Notes under the pieces: generated by a model | Seen by the model: only the letters and a program-made list of their open reading frames with translations | What the model was told of the DNA's origin: nothing | Database searches by the model: none | Translations under genes and position numbers: made by a program | NCBI GenBank assembly: GCA_965153355.1 | Contig: OZ231126.1 | Coordinates: 9,548,001 to 9,612,000, forward strand | From: Flaccisagitta enflata | Taxonomy: Eukaryota | Length of the DNA: 64,000 bases | Direction of reading: 5' to 3' | In this document: piece by piece, positions 1 to 32,543 of the stretch | Position numbering within the stretch: position 1 is the first letter of the stretch | Layout: the number at the start of each line of letters is the position of its first letter

Positions 1-37
<37 letters not shown>

Positions 38-430
38 AGAGAGGGAGAGAAAACAGGGCAGAGAGTACAGAGCAGACAGCCGCAAAAGTCAGCAAACAAT
101 AGGCCAAAGGCCACCAGGAACAGAAGGCAAAAAGCCAAAAGGCACAAAACCGGCCAAACTGGCCAGATACACGAACAAGGCCAAATCGGGCCAAAACGGC
201 CCAATGAGGCCAGGCAAAGCAACCAGCACAGACCAACCACCGCCGTGACTTACTGTTTAGGTGCAAAGCGCTTATTCCTAAGGATTTGAATCGTCGTCCT
301 CTGTTTGACCAAAATTTCACTCTCTTTCATACCTCTTTCCATCGCCAATTGTTTTTCCGACGTAACACCATAGCTATCGAGAAAAGCAAATACTAAACAA
401 AATGCCATCAATAATATCTTTTATACTCAG

Positions 431-3944
<3,514 letters not shown>

Positions 3945-4668
3945 AATTATGAAGCTGCAATAAATTTTGCATAGAATCTGTATATGTTTGATACTTTTTT
4001 GTTGAGATCCTGTAACACCTTGTCTTTCCTCCTTTCTTCAATGAAAGCATTGAGTAGAAAGATGGTAAAATGCTAGTTGCCTGAATTCTTATAAAGATGC
4101 TCACCAAAGAGATTTAGTCTACACACAAATCTAACGCTAGTCTTTGCTCAGCGCAGTCAGATTTTTGTTTTTTAGCTCGAAAAAGTCAACAGTGACGTTA
4201 TGTTGATAATTCTCAAACAAATATGATCCGGTGGTAATGATGACCAATCCAAATATTCTTTAAGAATAGCACTTGTGGCGAAACAAGTGCGCAGCTATAT
4301 AGACAGAGTAGATAGTTTAGAAGCTAGAAGTAGAGTTTCCTTAGAGAAGCGAAAAGGCCGATACCAGCGTGATAGTGTGGAGAAGACACTTAGGGCACGT
4401 TTCTTGTCACAGACAATCGCGTTTTTAATGGGCCACTGGGTCGCTCGCTTTGTTTGTTCGCTCACGCTGCTCACTCCGCTCATTTGCTCCGCAGCGCTCT
4501 GCCTCGCTACACTTGCTTCGCTTGCTCCATTTTTTGGCACACTCACTCACTTCGCCCACTACCTCTTGGGACAGTTGAATTTATTATGCATGCTGTAAAC
4601 CCGTTCAATGGGAACAAACGCGTTTTTTGTCTTCACTGGAAACACGCCTTAAAGCCAAGCCGGGGAAC

Positions 4669-16253
<11,585 letters not shown>

Positions 16254-16894
16254 TGATATTGATATTCGTGTACGACAGCAAGCAAGCTTGTGAAACGCTT
16301 GCCATTCATGGGGGGTCAAAATTCAACAGCTTTTTGACCAAAATTTGTTTTTTTCTAGTTGTTATATATGCTATTACAAGTGATTAAACGAAAAAATTGA
16401 TACGAATTTGTACCTCTAACAAAAGTTACAGATGTTTTTCTCCAAAGATGAAAAAAATGAAAAAAATCCCTTTTCCTTCCAATCTTTTCTGAATGTCCAC
16501 TTGAAACATCGCAGCACATCTCATCTTAATTCGCTGACATCGACTATACAAGAAGTTTAGTCTGCTTGTCTGTCCATTTTCCCATCTGTCCATGCATTTG
16601 TCCATGCGTCTGTCCAAACGTCCTTCCCTCAGTCCATCCATCTGTTTGAATTTCCATAAATCACGAGTCTTATAAAAGCATGAAAGACATCTGTGTGTGC
16701 GCGTGTGGGAGTGTGTGTGTGTATATGCGTTTGTGTGTGTGAGTGTGTGAGCGAGTGTCTGTGTGTGAGTGTGTGACTGTCCAGATATTGTAACCCTGCG
16801 TGGATAACTTGTTAGTCTCTCTACATACATTTATTTATCTTATCTATCTTTTTTCATTATTTGTTTCTTTTTCTTCTTTTGTCTATTTTGTTCT

Positions 16895-16930
16895 TTCTCT
16901 ATTTCTTTCTTTCTTTCTTTCTTTTTTCTC

Positions 16931-16974
<44 letters not shown>

Positions 16975-17072
16975 TTTTCTCTCTTTCCTTTCTTTCTTTC
17001 TTTTTTTTTCTCTCTTTCCTTTCTTTCTTTCTTTTTTTTTCTCTTCTTTCTTTCTTTCTTTCTTTCTTCTCT

Positions 17073-17148
<76 letters not shown>

Positions 17149-17157
17149 TTTTTCTTC

Positions 17158-17192
<35 letters not shown>

Positions 17193-17200
17193 GTCTTTTT
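16895..17200. repeat. (TTTC)n microsatellite
   Basis: Directly visible. Confidence 0.9.
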
Positions 17201-18308
17201 CCTTTTCTTCTTTCTTGCATTTACTCATCTTATTTATCTTATTTCATTCTTTGTTTCTTTTCCTTTTTCTTCCTTTCTCTATTTCTTTCTTTCTTTATTT
17301 ATTTATTTCTTTCTGTCTTTTTAGTTGCGGACACAGAACTCTATAAGAGCCTTTGTCTGTCCGTTGGTCTGTTGGTCCGTTGGTCCGTGAGCACGAGTTG
17401 AAAAATGTGAAAACGTGCATTTCCGCCCCTGCCCACCCGCAACTGGTGGCCGTGTATCCGGCCTTGTTCCTTTCCTTCTCCCAGGGCCGATGACCTATGA
17501 TTCCACATAGGACAATTCCGTTTCTCCGTCTTTTCCGTCCCCCTCCTTGAGCCCTCCCGCACCTCAAAACAGCCTTCTCAGGCCTAAAATCACACCTCTC
17601 AGGTCAAAAATCAGCCCTCTCAGGCCCCAAATCAGCTCTTCTGGACCTTAAGTTGGCCTTCTCAGGTCTGAAAGCAGCCCTCTTAGGCCTCAAATCAGCT
17701 CTTCTAGAATTCAAATTGGCCTTCTCAGGCCTGAAATCAACCCTCTTTGGCTTGAAATCAGCTCTCTCAGGCCTCGATCAGCTTCTCTAGACCTCAAATA
17801 AGCCTTCTCAGGCTTGAAATCAGCCCTCTCAGGCCAGAAATAAGCCCCCTTAGGCCTCAAATTAGCTTTTCTAGACATCGAATCAGCCTTCTCAGGCCTG
17901 AAATCAAACATGACAAATCAGCATATTTCCTGTGAAGGGTACTACTTGCCAAGTTCAATCCTCGTTTATGTAAATTTTCTCATTGCCCTATGTGGTCATC
18001 ACCCCTATGTGGTCATTGGCCCCTCCAGGGCCGCTGCCCCATTAACCTCATTCTTCCCTGACGATGATGAATAACAATGGGGCGACGATACCGCTGTCCA
18101 TATGACGCAAGAGCGACCTGTTCCTTTCTATCTCTCTTTCATTCTTTCCTTCTTTCTTTCTTTCTTTCTTTCTTCCTTTCTTTCTTTCATTCTTTTTAAT
18201 CGCGGACACGCGACTCAACACCTTGCCGTGTCGGTCGGCAGTTTGTTATGCCGGTGTGTCCGTCCGTCACATTTTTGAATTCCGAGCGGTTATCGCTTTA
18301 CTGCTCCT

Positions 18309-19323
18309 GGGTGATTTCAGGAGAAACCAACCAAATCATAAAACCCTCAAATCATAGATTTTGCTTATTTTTGGTGTACAGGTACGCCCTGTGAAATTAT
18401 TTACAGATCCTGAATCTTTTCGTTCTACGACCAATATTTTAGATTTTACGGCAGTTTGAAATTTTGGAAATTTTAGGAAATTTTAGGAATTTTGCAATGT
18501 TTGGAAGGTCATAACTTCAATAGTATTTTTAGGAAAGAGGTGATCTTGGTATCAATCTACTAGGTTTAACCCAGAGAATCTAATGGAGCAAAAAATTTTT
18601 TTGAAAAAAGTTGATATGATAGTTTTTTTGCCTATGGGCCACCTAGTACGATGAAATTTGGTAAAAAATATTTGGAAAAAAATTCTTTAATGTTTTTTGA
18701 TTCATATCCAAAAGAAAAAAAAATGGCCCTTTTTCTCAAAGATACTGAAATAAGAGATCAAAGTTGAGTCCTTTGGATCCTGGCTCCTGATTGGTCAGCG
18801 ATTGGTTTAAACAGCCAATCAGGAGCCAAGATTCAAAGGAGTCAACTTTGACCCATTCTTTCAGTATCTTTAAGAAAAAGGGCCATTTTTTTTTCTTTTG
18901 GATATGAATCAAAAAACCTTAAAGAATGTTTTCCAAATATTTTTTTACCAAATTTCATCGTACTAGGTACCTAGGGGTACCCAAAATGGCCCCGCATAGG
19001 CAAAAAAACTATCATATCAACTTTTTTCAAAAAAAATGTTTTGCTCCATTAGATTCTCTGGGTTAAACCTAGTAGATTGATACCAAGATCACCTCTTTTC
19101 TAAAAATACTATTGGAGTTACGACCTTTCAAACATTGCGAAATTCCCAAAATTTCCTAAAATTTCCAAAATTTCAAACGGCCGTAAAATCTAAAATATTG
19201 GTCGTAAAACAAAAAGATTCAGGATCTGTTAATAACTTCCCAGGGTGCACCTGTATACCAAAAATAAGCAAAATCTATGATTTGAGGGTTTTATGATTTG
19301 GTTGGTTTCTCCTGAAATTACCC
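18309..19323. mobile_element. About 1-kb near-perfect palindromic MITE, GGG...CCC termini, 4-bp TSD (Sola2-like)
   Basis: TCCT|GGGTGATTTCAGGAGAAACCAACC...GGTTGGTTTCTCCTGAAATTACCC|TCCT; arms pair up to a centre near 18808. Confidence 0.75.
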
Positions 19324-19665
19324 TCCTGCCCAACCATCCACGACTGGATTGCCGTGTATCGGGCCTTGTTTTCTTTCTTTCTTTCTTTCTTTCTTTTTTT
19401 TTTCTTATTCCTAGTTTGGTTTTTTCTTCCTCCACTTTTTTTTGTTCCGGACATGCAACTCTACAAGAAGCTTTGTCATTGAAAAGTGCGAAAACATAAA
19501 TATTTGGTGCTGCTTTTGTCTGTTAGTGCGTGTGGGTTGGGTAGAGGTGTGGGGGCCCCCGCCTACCCATCCCCAATGACATTGTGAGCCCTCGTCACTT
19601 GTTATCTTTTCTCTTTTTTCTTTCCTCCTTTATTTCTTTCAATTCTGGAATTCACATCTCGCATG

Positions 19666-19728
<63 letters not shown>

Positions 19729-21042
19729 CGCTCACACAAATACACACACAGGCGCTCACACACTCACCGGCGCTCACACGAACTGTCAAGCTTTTCACGT
19801 TTACATCTTTTATCTTAAAAATTAATTTGCATACCGAAAGGGTCATAATCTGATAAGAAAGATCTCATTTTTCAGCAGAGAAGTAAAATCCCCCCTTTTG
19901 GGCTTCTATGTTGAGTGATTACTGAGAATCTGAAGATTCTACAACTGTATGTAAGAAGTGTTAACTGCGACTGATTTCAAATGAGACAAGTGGGCATGAC
20001 AAGCGCTACCGTAAATTTTAAATTTGTATGAAAAATGAAAAAATGAAAAAATGAAGAACATCCGTCTCAAGCAAAATACCATATCTAAAGACGGATGTTC
20101 TTGAAAATACGAATTTCTTCTAGGTAAAGCCGTAATAAAATTTACGCCAGAAAAAATGCCACTCTCCAAAATCATAATTTTCTCGGTTTTGGAAAAACAA
20201 ATCGATGGAAACCCCACTTCCCATAGGTATATTTTGATAAAATTTGACATGCAGACAGCTGGGTACGTCCACTAACTACAGTAAAAATTTCAAGGAGCTG
20301 TGTTAACAGGAAGATAGATTTTTTGTGAACACAAGTTGTAAACTGAAAATTACCAATCGATAATTATCAACTGACAGCGAACAAGGTTTTTTTTAATAAG
20401 GGCATAAGAAATTAATATGAAGGGCTGTAAAGAATGTTATTTGTTTTTCATAAGTAGATAAGTGAATATGTTCTGTGGAATTGATGTCAATCCTAACATT
20501 ATGGCGGTAACATTCAATCAAAAAAAAGGTAAAAAAAATTTTCTCAGCTTAGTTTAGATATTTTCATGCATTTCCTCTCTCTTTTTGCCGTTCTTCCGTG
20601 GTCAAACCCTCACTAAGTGGCTGTTTTTCTGGAAAGGGCCCATGTGGGGATAGTGTGGGAGGCAATGGATTTCTCACTTGGTCAAAAATGGTCATTTTCA
20701 AGCTCCATAAGGGTGTCACAGACCCTGAATAAAATGAGATATTTTTCGGTTCTCCATGTCGTACATGTTTCATCGTATGTTCTAATTAGCTGCTCGACAT
20801 GACACCAGCAATTTTGGTCGTCTACTTTTAGTTGCGGAAACGCAACTCCACTAGAGTCTTTGTCCGTCTGTCCATCCTTCTGTTATGATCGAATCAATAA
20901 GTCTAGAAACACGAATTTTGGCTCTTATTGTCTATGATTGCATGTGTGGAAAGGGGGTGTGGAGCTCCTCCGGAGAGGGGTTGTTTGCCCCTGCCCATCC
21001 GCCCGCAATGATTTTGTAACCCCGCACTTATTCCTTTCTCAG

Positions 21043-21118
21043 GTCTAGGTGGTCGTGATTTCGGTCGCGAAGAGAAAAAGGCACCAAAGATTATCAAGAA
21101 AGAAGATTCAAGTGATAG
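21043..21118 (+). CDS. Candidate further exon of the uncharacterised gene
   Basis: ttcctttctcAG|...|GTattc. Reads GLGGRDFGREEKKAPKIIKKEDSSD in phase 1, matching an alternative donor at 16236/16237 (GGA G|gtgggc). The downstream partner exon was not resolved. Confidence 0.4.
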
Positions 21119-21243
21119 GTATTCTATTACAAACTTAGTCTTTACAACTTATTAGAATTACCCAACCACTTCTATTATTTCATAACCACTGCTACAAGCG
21201 TAGCGTAGCGTATTCACTCCCTCTCTTGCTCTCTCTCTCTCTC

Positions 21244-21338
<95 letters not shown>

Positions 21339-22017
21339 GTAGATGCTGTGTCAGCAGTAATTGCGACTTATAGAAAGAACCCTCTCTGTCGCCATTTTTC
21401 TTTGTTCATTAGATTTAAAGCCCATGAAGATTTACTGAACAAAAGGGAACAAGTAGCTCGGAGTTACAATGTCGTCGCGGTCGAGAGGGGGGGGGGGGGC
21501 AGTGGCAGAAATGCGCGCTTCAAACTTTTCGACTAGATCATCACGGACCAACGGACGCACCAACAGACGGACGGACGCGCAAAGCCTCTTAGAGGGTTAA
21601 GAATCCGTGACCTAAAGAATATCCCCATTTCCCGGCTTGGGCCGGGAGGGCCTTTTTCACTGACACCAGTCAATTGGTATTCACGCTCCTCAATTTGGCT
21701 TTTTATTGGAAATAGAATAAAGTACGGCAAAAACTCCATCCATGCGGTTGTGTTTTTATCTTATTTGGCAGTTTTTTGGTTACAAGTTCCTTCTTCAAGC
21801 AGAATTTATCTCTGGCAGCTTTTTTAAAGTTAAACGTCATGAAATGCTTCTGTGTCTGTAAGGTTCTTTCGCTTCCAGAAATCAAGCATTTTATCACATA
21901 ACGAGACGCAATGTGAAACCCAAACTTGCTCTGAATAGCATTTTTACAACTTTTTAGGAGGTTTTTTTTTCAGTAGTTTGCCAATACATTGGTCGGTCTG
22001 TCTGCTGGTGCGTTTGT

Positions 22018-22860
22018 CGGGAAAAAAGTCGAAGTCAGTCTTCGACTTTTTGACATATTCGAGAGAAAGAGGGTTTTCATTTTCTTATGCGAAAGTTGTG
22101 CATCTCATCCGGCTGATTGGGGCCTCCAATGAAATTGATAGGGTAAGTAAATTTGATAATTCTCTTTCATTTGGCACCAAGCAGAATTCTCTACGACAAA
22201 CATTTTTTGCGCTATGATTTTTTAAAGTTTTATTTACGAAAAATTCAAAATGAATTTTTTTTCAATTTTTTTTTATTTTGTGTAGGATCAATAAAAGAGT
22301 GTATCTAAGTTTGTTTGAGCATGCAAATACAAGAAAACATGTTTATGAGCATAGCTGCTCATGTGTGAGGGTGATTTTGAGCATTTTAGCTCATTCAGCT
22401 CACTTAGCTCAGTCTTTTTTTTTCTGATTTCAAATGCAATAAATGAGCTAATATATTGATAGATGTTTAAACAAGCAAATACAAGAAAGCATGTCAGTGA
22501 GGAGAGCTGCTCATCTGTTAGGGTATTTTAAAGTATTCTAGCTCATTTAACTCATTTAGCTCATTTAGCTGATTTCAAAACAGATAAACAAATATTTTGA
22601 TTTAAGCTTGCAATTGCAAAAAAGCATGTCAGTAAACATAGCTGGTTGTCTGGTTTAGTGATTTTTAATATTTTAGCTCATCTAGCTCATTTGGCTCAGT
22701 CCTATTTTTCTCTGATTTTCAGTGCAACCAATATATACAATTGCTCTTAATTTGATCTAACAAATAAAAAGAGTTGCAGTGACTGAAGACATAAGCTTGG
22801 TGAAAAGTGAACAACGCTTACGACTTTTTTCCTCACGGCGACAGCCGCCATTACTGGTAA
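22018..22860 (+). mobile_element. Helentron-like element (GGAAAAAAGTCG subTIR family)
   Basis: 5' CGGGAAAAAAGTCGAAG..CTTCGACTTTTT; 3' CGACTTTTTTCC plus hairpin GGCGACAGCCGCC plus ATTACTGGT. An inverted, interrupted copy lies at about 26467-28243. Confidence 0.65.
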
Positions 22861-23530
22861 ATTACATTTGCTCTGAATTGCTATTTTTGATGTTGTGAAG
22901 GAAAATTAAAATTGTTTCATGGAACTCTGATTTGACCCTATGACCAGAAAATAACAACCGCATTTATGGAGTTCTCCATTGTATTTCCACCGATAATCGA
23001 GGGTGTATTGCTGCAGACACTGTTAAGCCCCCCCCCCTCCAGCGGCAACGTAAGTTAGGGAACGTAGGAGCTTTAAATTTGGCTTAGGTGTCATGAGTGG
23101 TAATTTTGGGTCATCTCAGCCCCTTTTACGGCCACTATTCATTGAATATTCAAGGCATGAGAGAATTTCAAATTCACCTCAAATGTAGAAATCGTGAAGA
23201 GGTAAGCTGACAATCTCCACTTCATTGGCTTAGGTTACATTTGTATTAAAAGCTGTCAGGGGGAGTGCTAAAGATTTTGCATTGTATTGCATTGTAGCGA
23301 ATCAAGCAATGGCGGCTGCCTCTCCGTCTCTGTTGCTCTCTGCATCTTTCTTTGTCTCTTCGTCTGTCTGTCTGTCTTTTCTCTCTCTCTCTCTCTCTCT
23401 CTCTGTCACATAAATTTTTGATGTCCTTCGCTGGCGAAGCGTCGAATTTCATTTCCGCTCGAAGAATCAGATTCTGATTTCTCTTAAAAATGTGCCGCTG
23501 TCAAATCCGATTTCTCTCTCTCTTTCTGTC

Positions 23531-23575
<45 letters not shown>

Positions 23576-23775
23576 GGTCATAACTGTTTAATCCCTGAGT
23601 TTTGGGATATTTGATGACGTAGTTGGCAAAGGCTGGCAGTTCTATCATCGCTGGTTAACTGTTAAGTTCCGCTCTTGAGCAAAACGAAATGAGATAGCAC
23701 ACTATGCGTTTAGCTCTATCATAGTTTGATACCTTATGTTCTTCCAGATAAATAAGTATAAATAAGTTCTTTTTT

Positions 23776-24563
23776 GGGCAGCGGCCCCGAAGGGGACGAA
23801 GTCCTGTAGAACACAGGGGGAATCTGTCCGTCCGTCCGTCCGTACGTCCGTACGTCCGTCCCCCCCCCACCCTCGGCTTTGTCTCCTTTGGGGCCCAAAT
23901 CCAAACTGTATGGCCCAAATCCGAGCAAAATGGTCCAAATCCGCCCAAAATTGGCCAAATCCAGGCAAAATGGCCTAAGACCAGGTAAAATGGGCCTTAT
24001 CTGGCTAGAAAACCTGAATTCTGGCCTGAGTTCTATCATCTTGGCCCCTTAAACTTAGATTCTGGCTCCAAAAACCCACATCCAAGCCTTAGAGACCTAG
24101 ATCCTGACCTTTGGGACCCAGATTCTGACCTCCAAGACCTAGGTGCTGGCCTAAAAGACCTAAATCCTAGCCTCAGAGGACCAAATCCTGACCTCAGAAA
24201 CTGAAATCCTTGCCTCTGAGACCCAGATTCTGGCCTCAGAGACCCAGATCCTGGCCTGCTCCTGCCTCAACTTAACCTACAAACTATACAAAAATGGCAA
24301 GGGTACCATTGTCCATATTCTGCCTTTTGTCAGTTCTCCTTGATATTCAATGAAAATTTGAATAACAGGGCATCCTGGACAGAAGGAAGGCAAACAGGAC
24401 GGACGGACGGACGAACGGATGGACGGACGGACAGATTCCCCCTGTGTTCTACAGGACTTCGTCCCCTTCGGGGCCGCTGCCCTGCTCCCTCTCAACCTTC
24501 ATCACTTCCTACTCAAGCAGGGCACGGGTACCGCTGACCACTTACTGCCTTTGGGCTGCTATT
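23776..24563 (+). mobile_element. Interspersed element with about 50-bp subterminal inverted repeats, (GTCC)n and an internal about 20-bp minisatellite (Helentron-like)
   Basis: GGGCAGCGGCCCCGAAGGGGACGAAGTCCTGTAGAACACAGGGGGAATC and its reverse complement near 24433-24482, followed by a conserved 3' tail. Relatives at about 48285-48876, 17484-18122 and 12463-13176. Confidence 0.65.
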
Positions 24564-25209
24564 CCTTATTCAAGTTAGGTTAAAATTCATTTGTATATTT
24601 TCTGTGGGATATGGGAGGGGGGGGGCTGGAGTAGTGGCGACATCTGAAGTTCTCTGAATTGTTTTTGGGTGCATTTCTCAAAAAATGGTGCGCCCATCTC
24701 CCATACCAGAAGCCCTCTACAGCTTTTTTTGGTGACGTGTTGGGCGATTCTTAAAGAGGGTTAGTCCCTTGGTCCGTCCGTCTGTCCGTTCGTTGGAAAG
24801 TAGGAAACACGAAAAATTTGGATAACGAAGTGAAGGGTTATCTGATCATTACTGTCCCTGCTCAGTGCCAATACAGCCCCGCCCTCCTCACTACTACCCC
24901 TGCCCAGTGCTCACCCACAGGCGACTTCCTGTTGGTCGTGATTCCGGCTTTGTTTCTTGTTATTCTTTATATTCGTGTTATGTAGTCTTCAAGGAGACAA
25001 GGACTGTGCACAATGAAGCATCGAGTCCCCCCGAAACAACGCTGTCTTCGCCTCTCTCCCTAATTGTTTTCAGTCGCGAACACGCGACTCTATAAACCAC
25101 TTTTCGGACCGTTGGTCCGTCCTGTCCGTCGGTTGTTTTTCGAGGTTTTCCGCTCCTGGCCACCCGTCCGACACTAATGCTGCCGTGTATACGGCCCTGT
25201 TTCTTGTTA

Positions 25210-25950
25210 CACTTTTTTTTTTTATAAGCACGCTCCTTTTTTGGCTGAGGCTGAGCGTGCTTAACAAAATTGCATTTTCGAGGCTGAAATGTGCTTAAAT
25301 GCGTGCTTATCATTCATCAATAAGTAGTTATCCTATTAAGTATAGAAAACAGTAATGCATACAGTATTGTATAGTATAGAACATAGTATAGAATACAGTA
25401 ATGAATGTATTTTGTATAAGAAAATATACAGCATCTTTCATTGACGTTGTGCTACTTTCATATAAACCATGGGATGAGATTAATATCATAGTTGGATTTC
25501 AATTTTTAAAGATTTTTGTGTTATTTATTATCATGCTATATTTTTCTTTTGATGTGGCCTTTGTTACAGCAATAGATTCATATTAACAATAATATCTAAG
25601 CGATAATATTCTTAAATGTTATTAAAGATTTAATTATTTCTATCAGTATCAAGACCCTGAATATACTGACAGACTGATATTATAGATGATTTCAAATCCT
25701 ATCAAAATTTTCATTGGTTTTTGTGAAATTCCAACCAAAAATTTTCATTGGTTTTTGTGAAATTTTCATTGTTTTTTGTGAAATTCCAACCAAAAATGTA
25801 TGAAAATTAGCAAATTTTCGGAAAATCACCAAGAATTTTTTTCGAATTGAAAATCTCAGCCTGAAGTGTGCTTAGCAATGTGCTTAAATTTTCCCAATAT
25901 CTGAGGCTGGGCGTGCTTATAAACGAGGTGCTTATAAAAAAAAAAAAGTG
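25210..25950. mobile_element. MITE with TA flanks (Tc1/mariner/pogo-like)
   Basis: TA|CAC(T)nATAAGCAC...GTGCTTAT(A)nGTG|TA. Confidence 0.7.
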
Positions 25951-26217
25951 TATTCTTTATATCTGTGTTATGTAGTCTTCAAGGAGACAAGGACCATGCA
26001 CAATGAAGCATCGAGTCCCCCCGAAACAACGCTGTCTACGCCTCTCTCCCTAGTTGTTTTTAGTCGCGAACACGCGACTCTAAAAACCACTTTTCGGACC
26101 GTCGGTCCGTCCTTCTATCCGTCGGTTGTTTTTCGAGGTTTTCCGCTCCTGGCCACCCGTCCGACACTAATGCTGCCGTGTATACGGCCCTGTTTCTTTT
26201 TTTGGTTCTCCATCTAG

Positions 26218-26425
26218 TTTTGACGTTTTACAACAAGAGGAGACGAAGAAGGGATATTGTACGGTGCTGAGCGTGTTAAGCGCCATCAATCTCGTGGAAA
26301 CAAAAAGCGTCAATGACCGAATTTCCAAATGGTGCCGACAGATGGCCATGGAGAAAAACGCCAATGCACCAAAAAGAACAAAATACAAACCGCAAAACGA
26401 TCTCTACCCGCTCAGAGGAATATGA
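26218..26425 (+). CDS. Candidate terminal exon (unknown protein; may belong to the 4669 gene)
   Basis: ttctccatctAG acceptor, then an open, non-repetitive frame FDVLQQEETKKGYCTVLSVLSAINLVETKSVNDRISKWCRQMAMEKNANAPKRTKYKPQNDLYPLRGI*. Upstream connection not established. Confidence 0.4.
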
Positions 26426-26466
26426 AGTGTGAAACAATTGAAAAAATGGATCTCTATAATTTTTAG

Positions 26467-28243
26467 TACCAGTAATGGCGGCTGTCGCCGTGAGGAAAAA
26501 AGTCGTAAGCATTGGTCACTTTTCACCATGCTTTTTTCTTCAGTCACTGAATTTTCTTTATTTGTTAGATCATATAAAAAACAGTAGTATGTTGATTGCA
26601 CTGAAAGTTAGAGAAAAATAGAACTGAACCAAATGAGCTAGATGAGCTAAAATATTCAAAATAATTCAACCAGACAACTAGCTTTGCTCACTGACATGCT
26701 TTCTTGTATTTACATGTTTGAATCAAAACATTAATTTATCAATCCTATTTTAATTCAAAGAAAAAGAGCAAACTAAATGTAGGGCTTGAAAAAGGTGAGC
26801 TCGTAGCACTCAACAGTTCAGAGTTTCCTCTGAATTCAAATTCAACTGCGTGTAAGATAAAATCACCACGGCCGAACGCTAGCTTCTAAAATTCCGGCTA
26901 GATCGTGAAGTTCTCTTTTGGATTCCGTCCAAAAATCGAGAAATTAATGCACCCCCGATTTTTAATTTCAAATCGATTGACATGATATCTCATACAATTT
27001 TCTGTTCATGCGCTCAAAGTTAAAGTCTGGGAACATAAAGGTCAACTTAAGCACAGACAGTCATACTTTTTTTTAATCTATAGTATTTCATATGTTTCAT
27101 GGTCAATCTTTTTTTTATTGATGTCACTCAATAGGTTTGGAAGATATTTCACTTTTCATTCTGGATCTACTTACTTACTCGCATGAAGATGTATGTAAAG
27201 GTGATTTTTATGGTGCGATTTTTCATGTTATCGTTGCTGTCTTACTATGCTGTAGAGAGTTACACACATGCTTTGCCTTTCACATAAACTTTTTTTACGC
27301 GGCGCCAAATTGCGTCGCACCGACTGCAACATGCGGTCACACCCACTTTAGGAGTAGTAATGGATTGTCTGCGTATCATGTCATCTGTCCGTCCATTTAC
27401 TTGTTGGTTTTAGCCAGTCTGTCTCTCTTTCTCAACGCGTAATGATACATTGCAAAGCTAACTCTGACTTGGTGAAAATGTCGGTGGAGATGAGTTTTAG
27501 AAAGAAGTCGTAGAATAAGTGTTACCTTTTTTCCGCACTTTTTAGAAGAAAAAAGTTTGTAAAACATCAAAACGAGTAATGCTGAAGACTTTTGATTTCC
27601 ACAGTTTTTGTCAGCGTCCTCACTTTAGTCAAATTGCTAAAAATCTTTTTCGAGCGAGCTTTTTTACCCCCGCTGATATCGCCCCCTACTAAATGAGCTA
27701 AATGAGCTAAACGACACTTTGAACACAATGAGCTAGAATATTTAAAAGCGCCCTCACAGATGACCAGCTCTGCTCGCTGACATGTTTTTTTATTTGCTTG
27801 GTTAAACAAGTATGAAAATATATTCATTTATCTTATTTGAAATCAGAAAGAATAGACTGAGCTAAATGAGCTATAATGTTCAATAACGCCCTCACAGATG
27901 ACCAGCTGTGCTCATAAACATGTTTTTCTGTATTTGCATGCTCAAGTAAACATAAATACACTCCTTTATTGATCCTACACAAAATTTCAAAAAAATGAAA
28001 AAAATTTTATTTGAATTTTTCGTAAAAAAATCTTTAAAAAATCGCAGCGCAAAAAATATTTGTTGTAGAGCATTCTGCTTGCTGCTAAATGAAAGAGAAT
28101 TATCAAATTTACTTACCCTATTAATTTCGTCGGAGGCCCCAATCAGCCCAATGAGATTCACAACTTCCTAATAAGAAAATGAAAACCCTGTTTCTCTCAA
28201 ATATGTCAAACAGTCGAAGACTGACTTCGACTTTTTTCCCGAT
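26467..28243 (-). mobile_element. Second, interrupted copy of the 22018-22860 element
   Basis: Both ends are reverse complements of the 22018-22860 ends; about 0.9 kb of unrelated sequence lies inside. Confidence 0.65.
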
Positions 28244-28550
28244 AAATACCGATTGCCGTAATTGAGTGACCGATTAGCAGTAGCGAGGCCAATTGTCATG
28301 AACAATCAGGTAGTCCTTGTTTTTAATTTTCTACCATGGAGATTGGAAAATCATCGATAGAAGAATCAATGAATTGCACAGTTAGCTACAGTTATCAATA
28401 AATGTAGGTACAAAATAGAACTCGAACTGCTTGCATTACATTTTAAGCTTTCGATCAGCTAATCTTCAGTGAATATCGTAAGCAAAACATATCTATCAGT
28501 TGAGATTGACTGAAACGATGACAGATTAAGTTATAGAATGTTAGCAATTA

Positions 28551-28724
28551 CAGTGGAGCTTCACTAGAGCGCAACCGCTAAAATGGCATGCTCGCCTATA
28601 GGGTATACAACTTACAGTCCTATGAAAAATTTTGTAGTTATTTCTATGTTGGCAATAAGGAAGCTTCACTATAAGGCATAATCTAACCTAGTCCCTTGGA
28701 ATGCGCTCTAGTGAAGCTCAACTG
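28551..28724. mobile_element. Tc1/mariner-type MITE (same family as 752-926)
   Basis: TA|CAGTGGAGCTTCACTAGAGCGC...GCGCTCTAGTGAAGCTCAACTG|TA. Confidence 0.75.
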
Positions 28725-28978
28725 TAGTTTTGTCCATTGAATAATTAGCAAACTATGAAGTTCTGGTATTGACTCTAGGACACCGTGTCACACGTCCAAA
28801 TCGGCTTGTTCACACTCTCTATGATCGCTGCCATACTTTAAGACTGACAGTTAAATAGCTTCAGATGAAAGACAAGTCGAACATTTTTTTCCCTCCATTC
28901 TCATTCTTTCTCTTCTACAAATACAATGCTTTAGTGTCAGAAACAGTTAACAAAAATCAGTTAAAAACGCAAAGGAAG

Positions 28979-32543
<3,565 letters not shown>

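Noticed and set aside
21343-23655. Several possible small exons (about 21343, 21803, 23412, 23623) linking 21118 to 26218
   Set aside because: No unique phase-consistent path with canonical acceptors could be built, so they are left unannotated.
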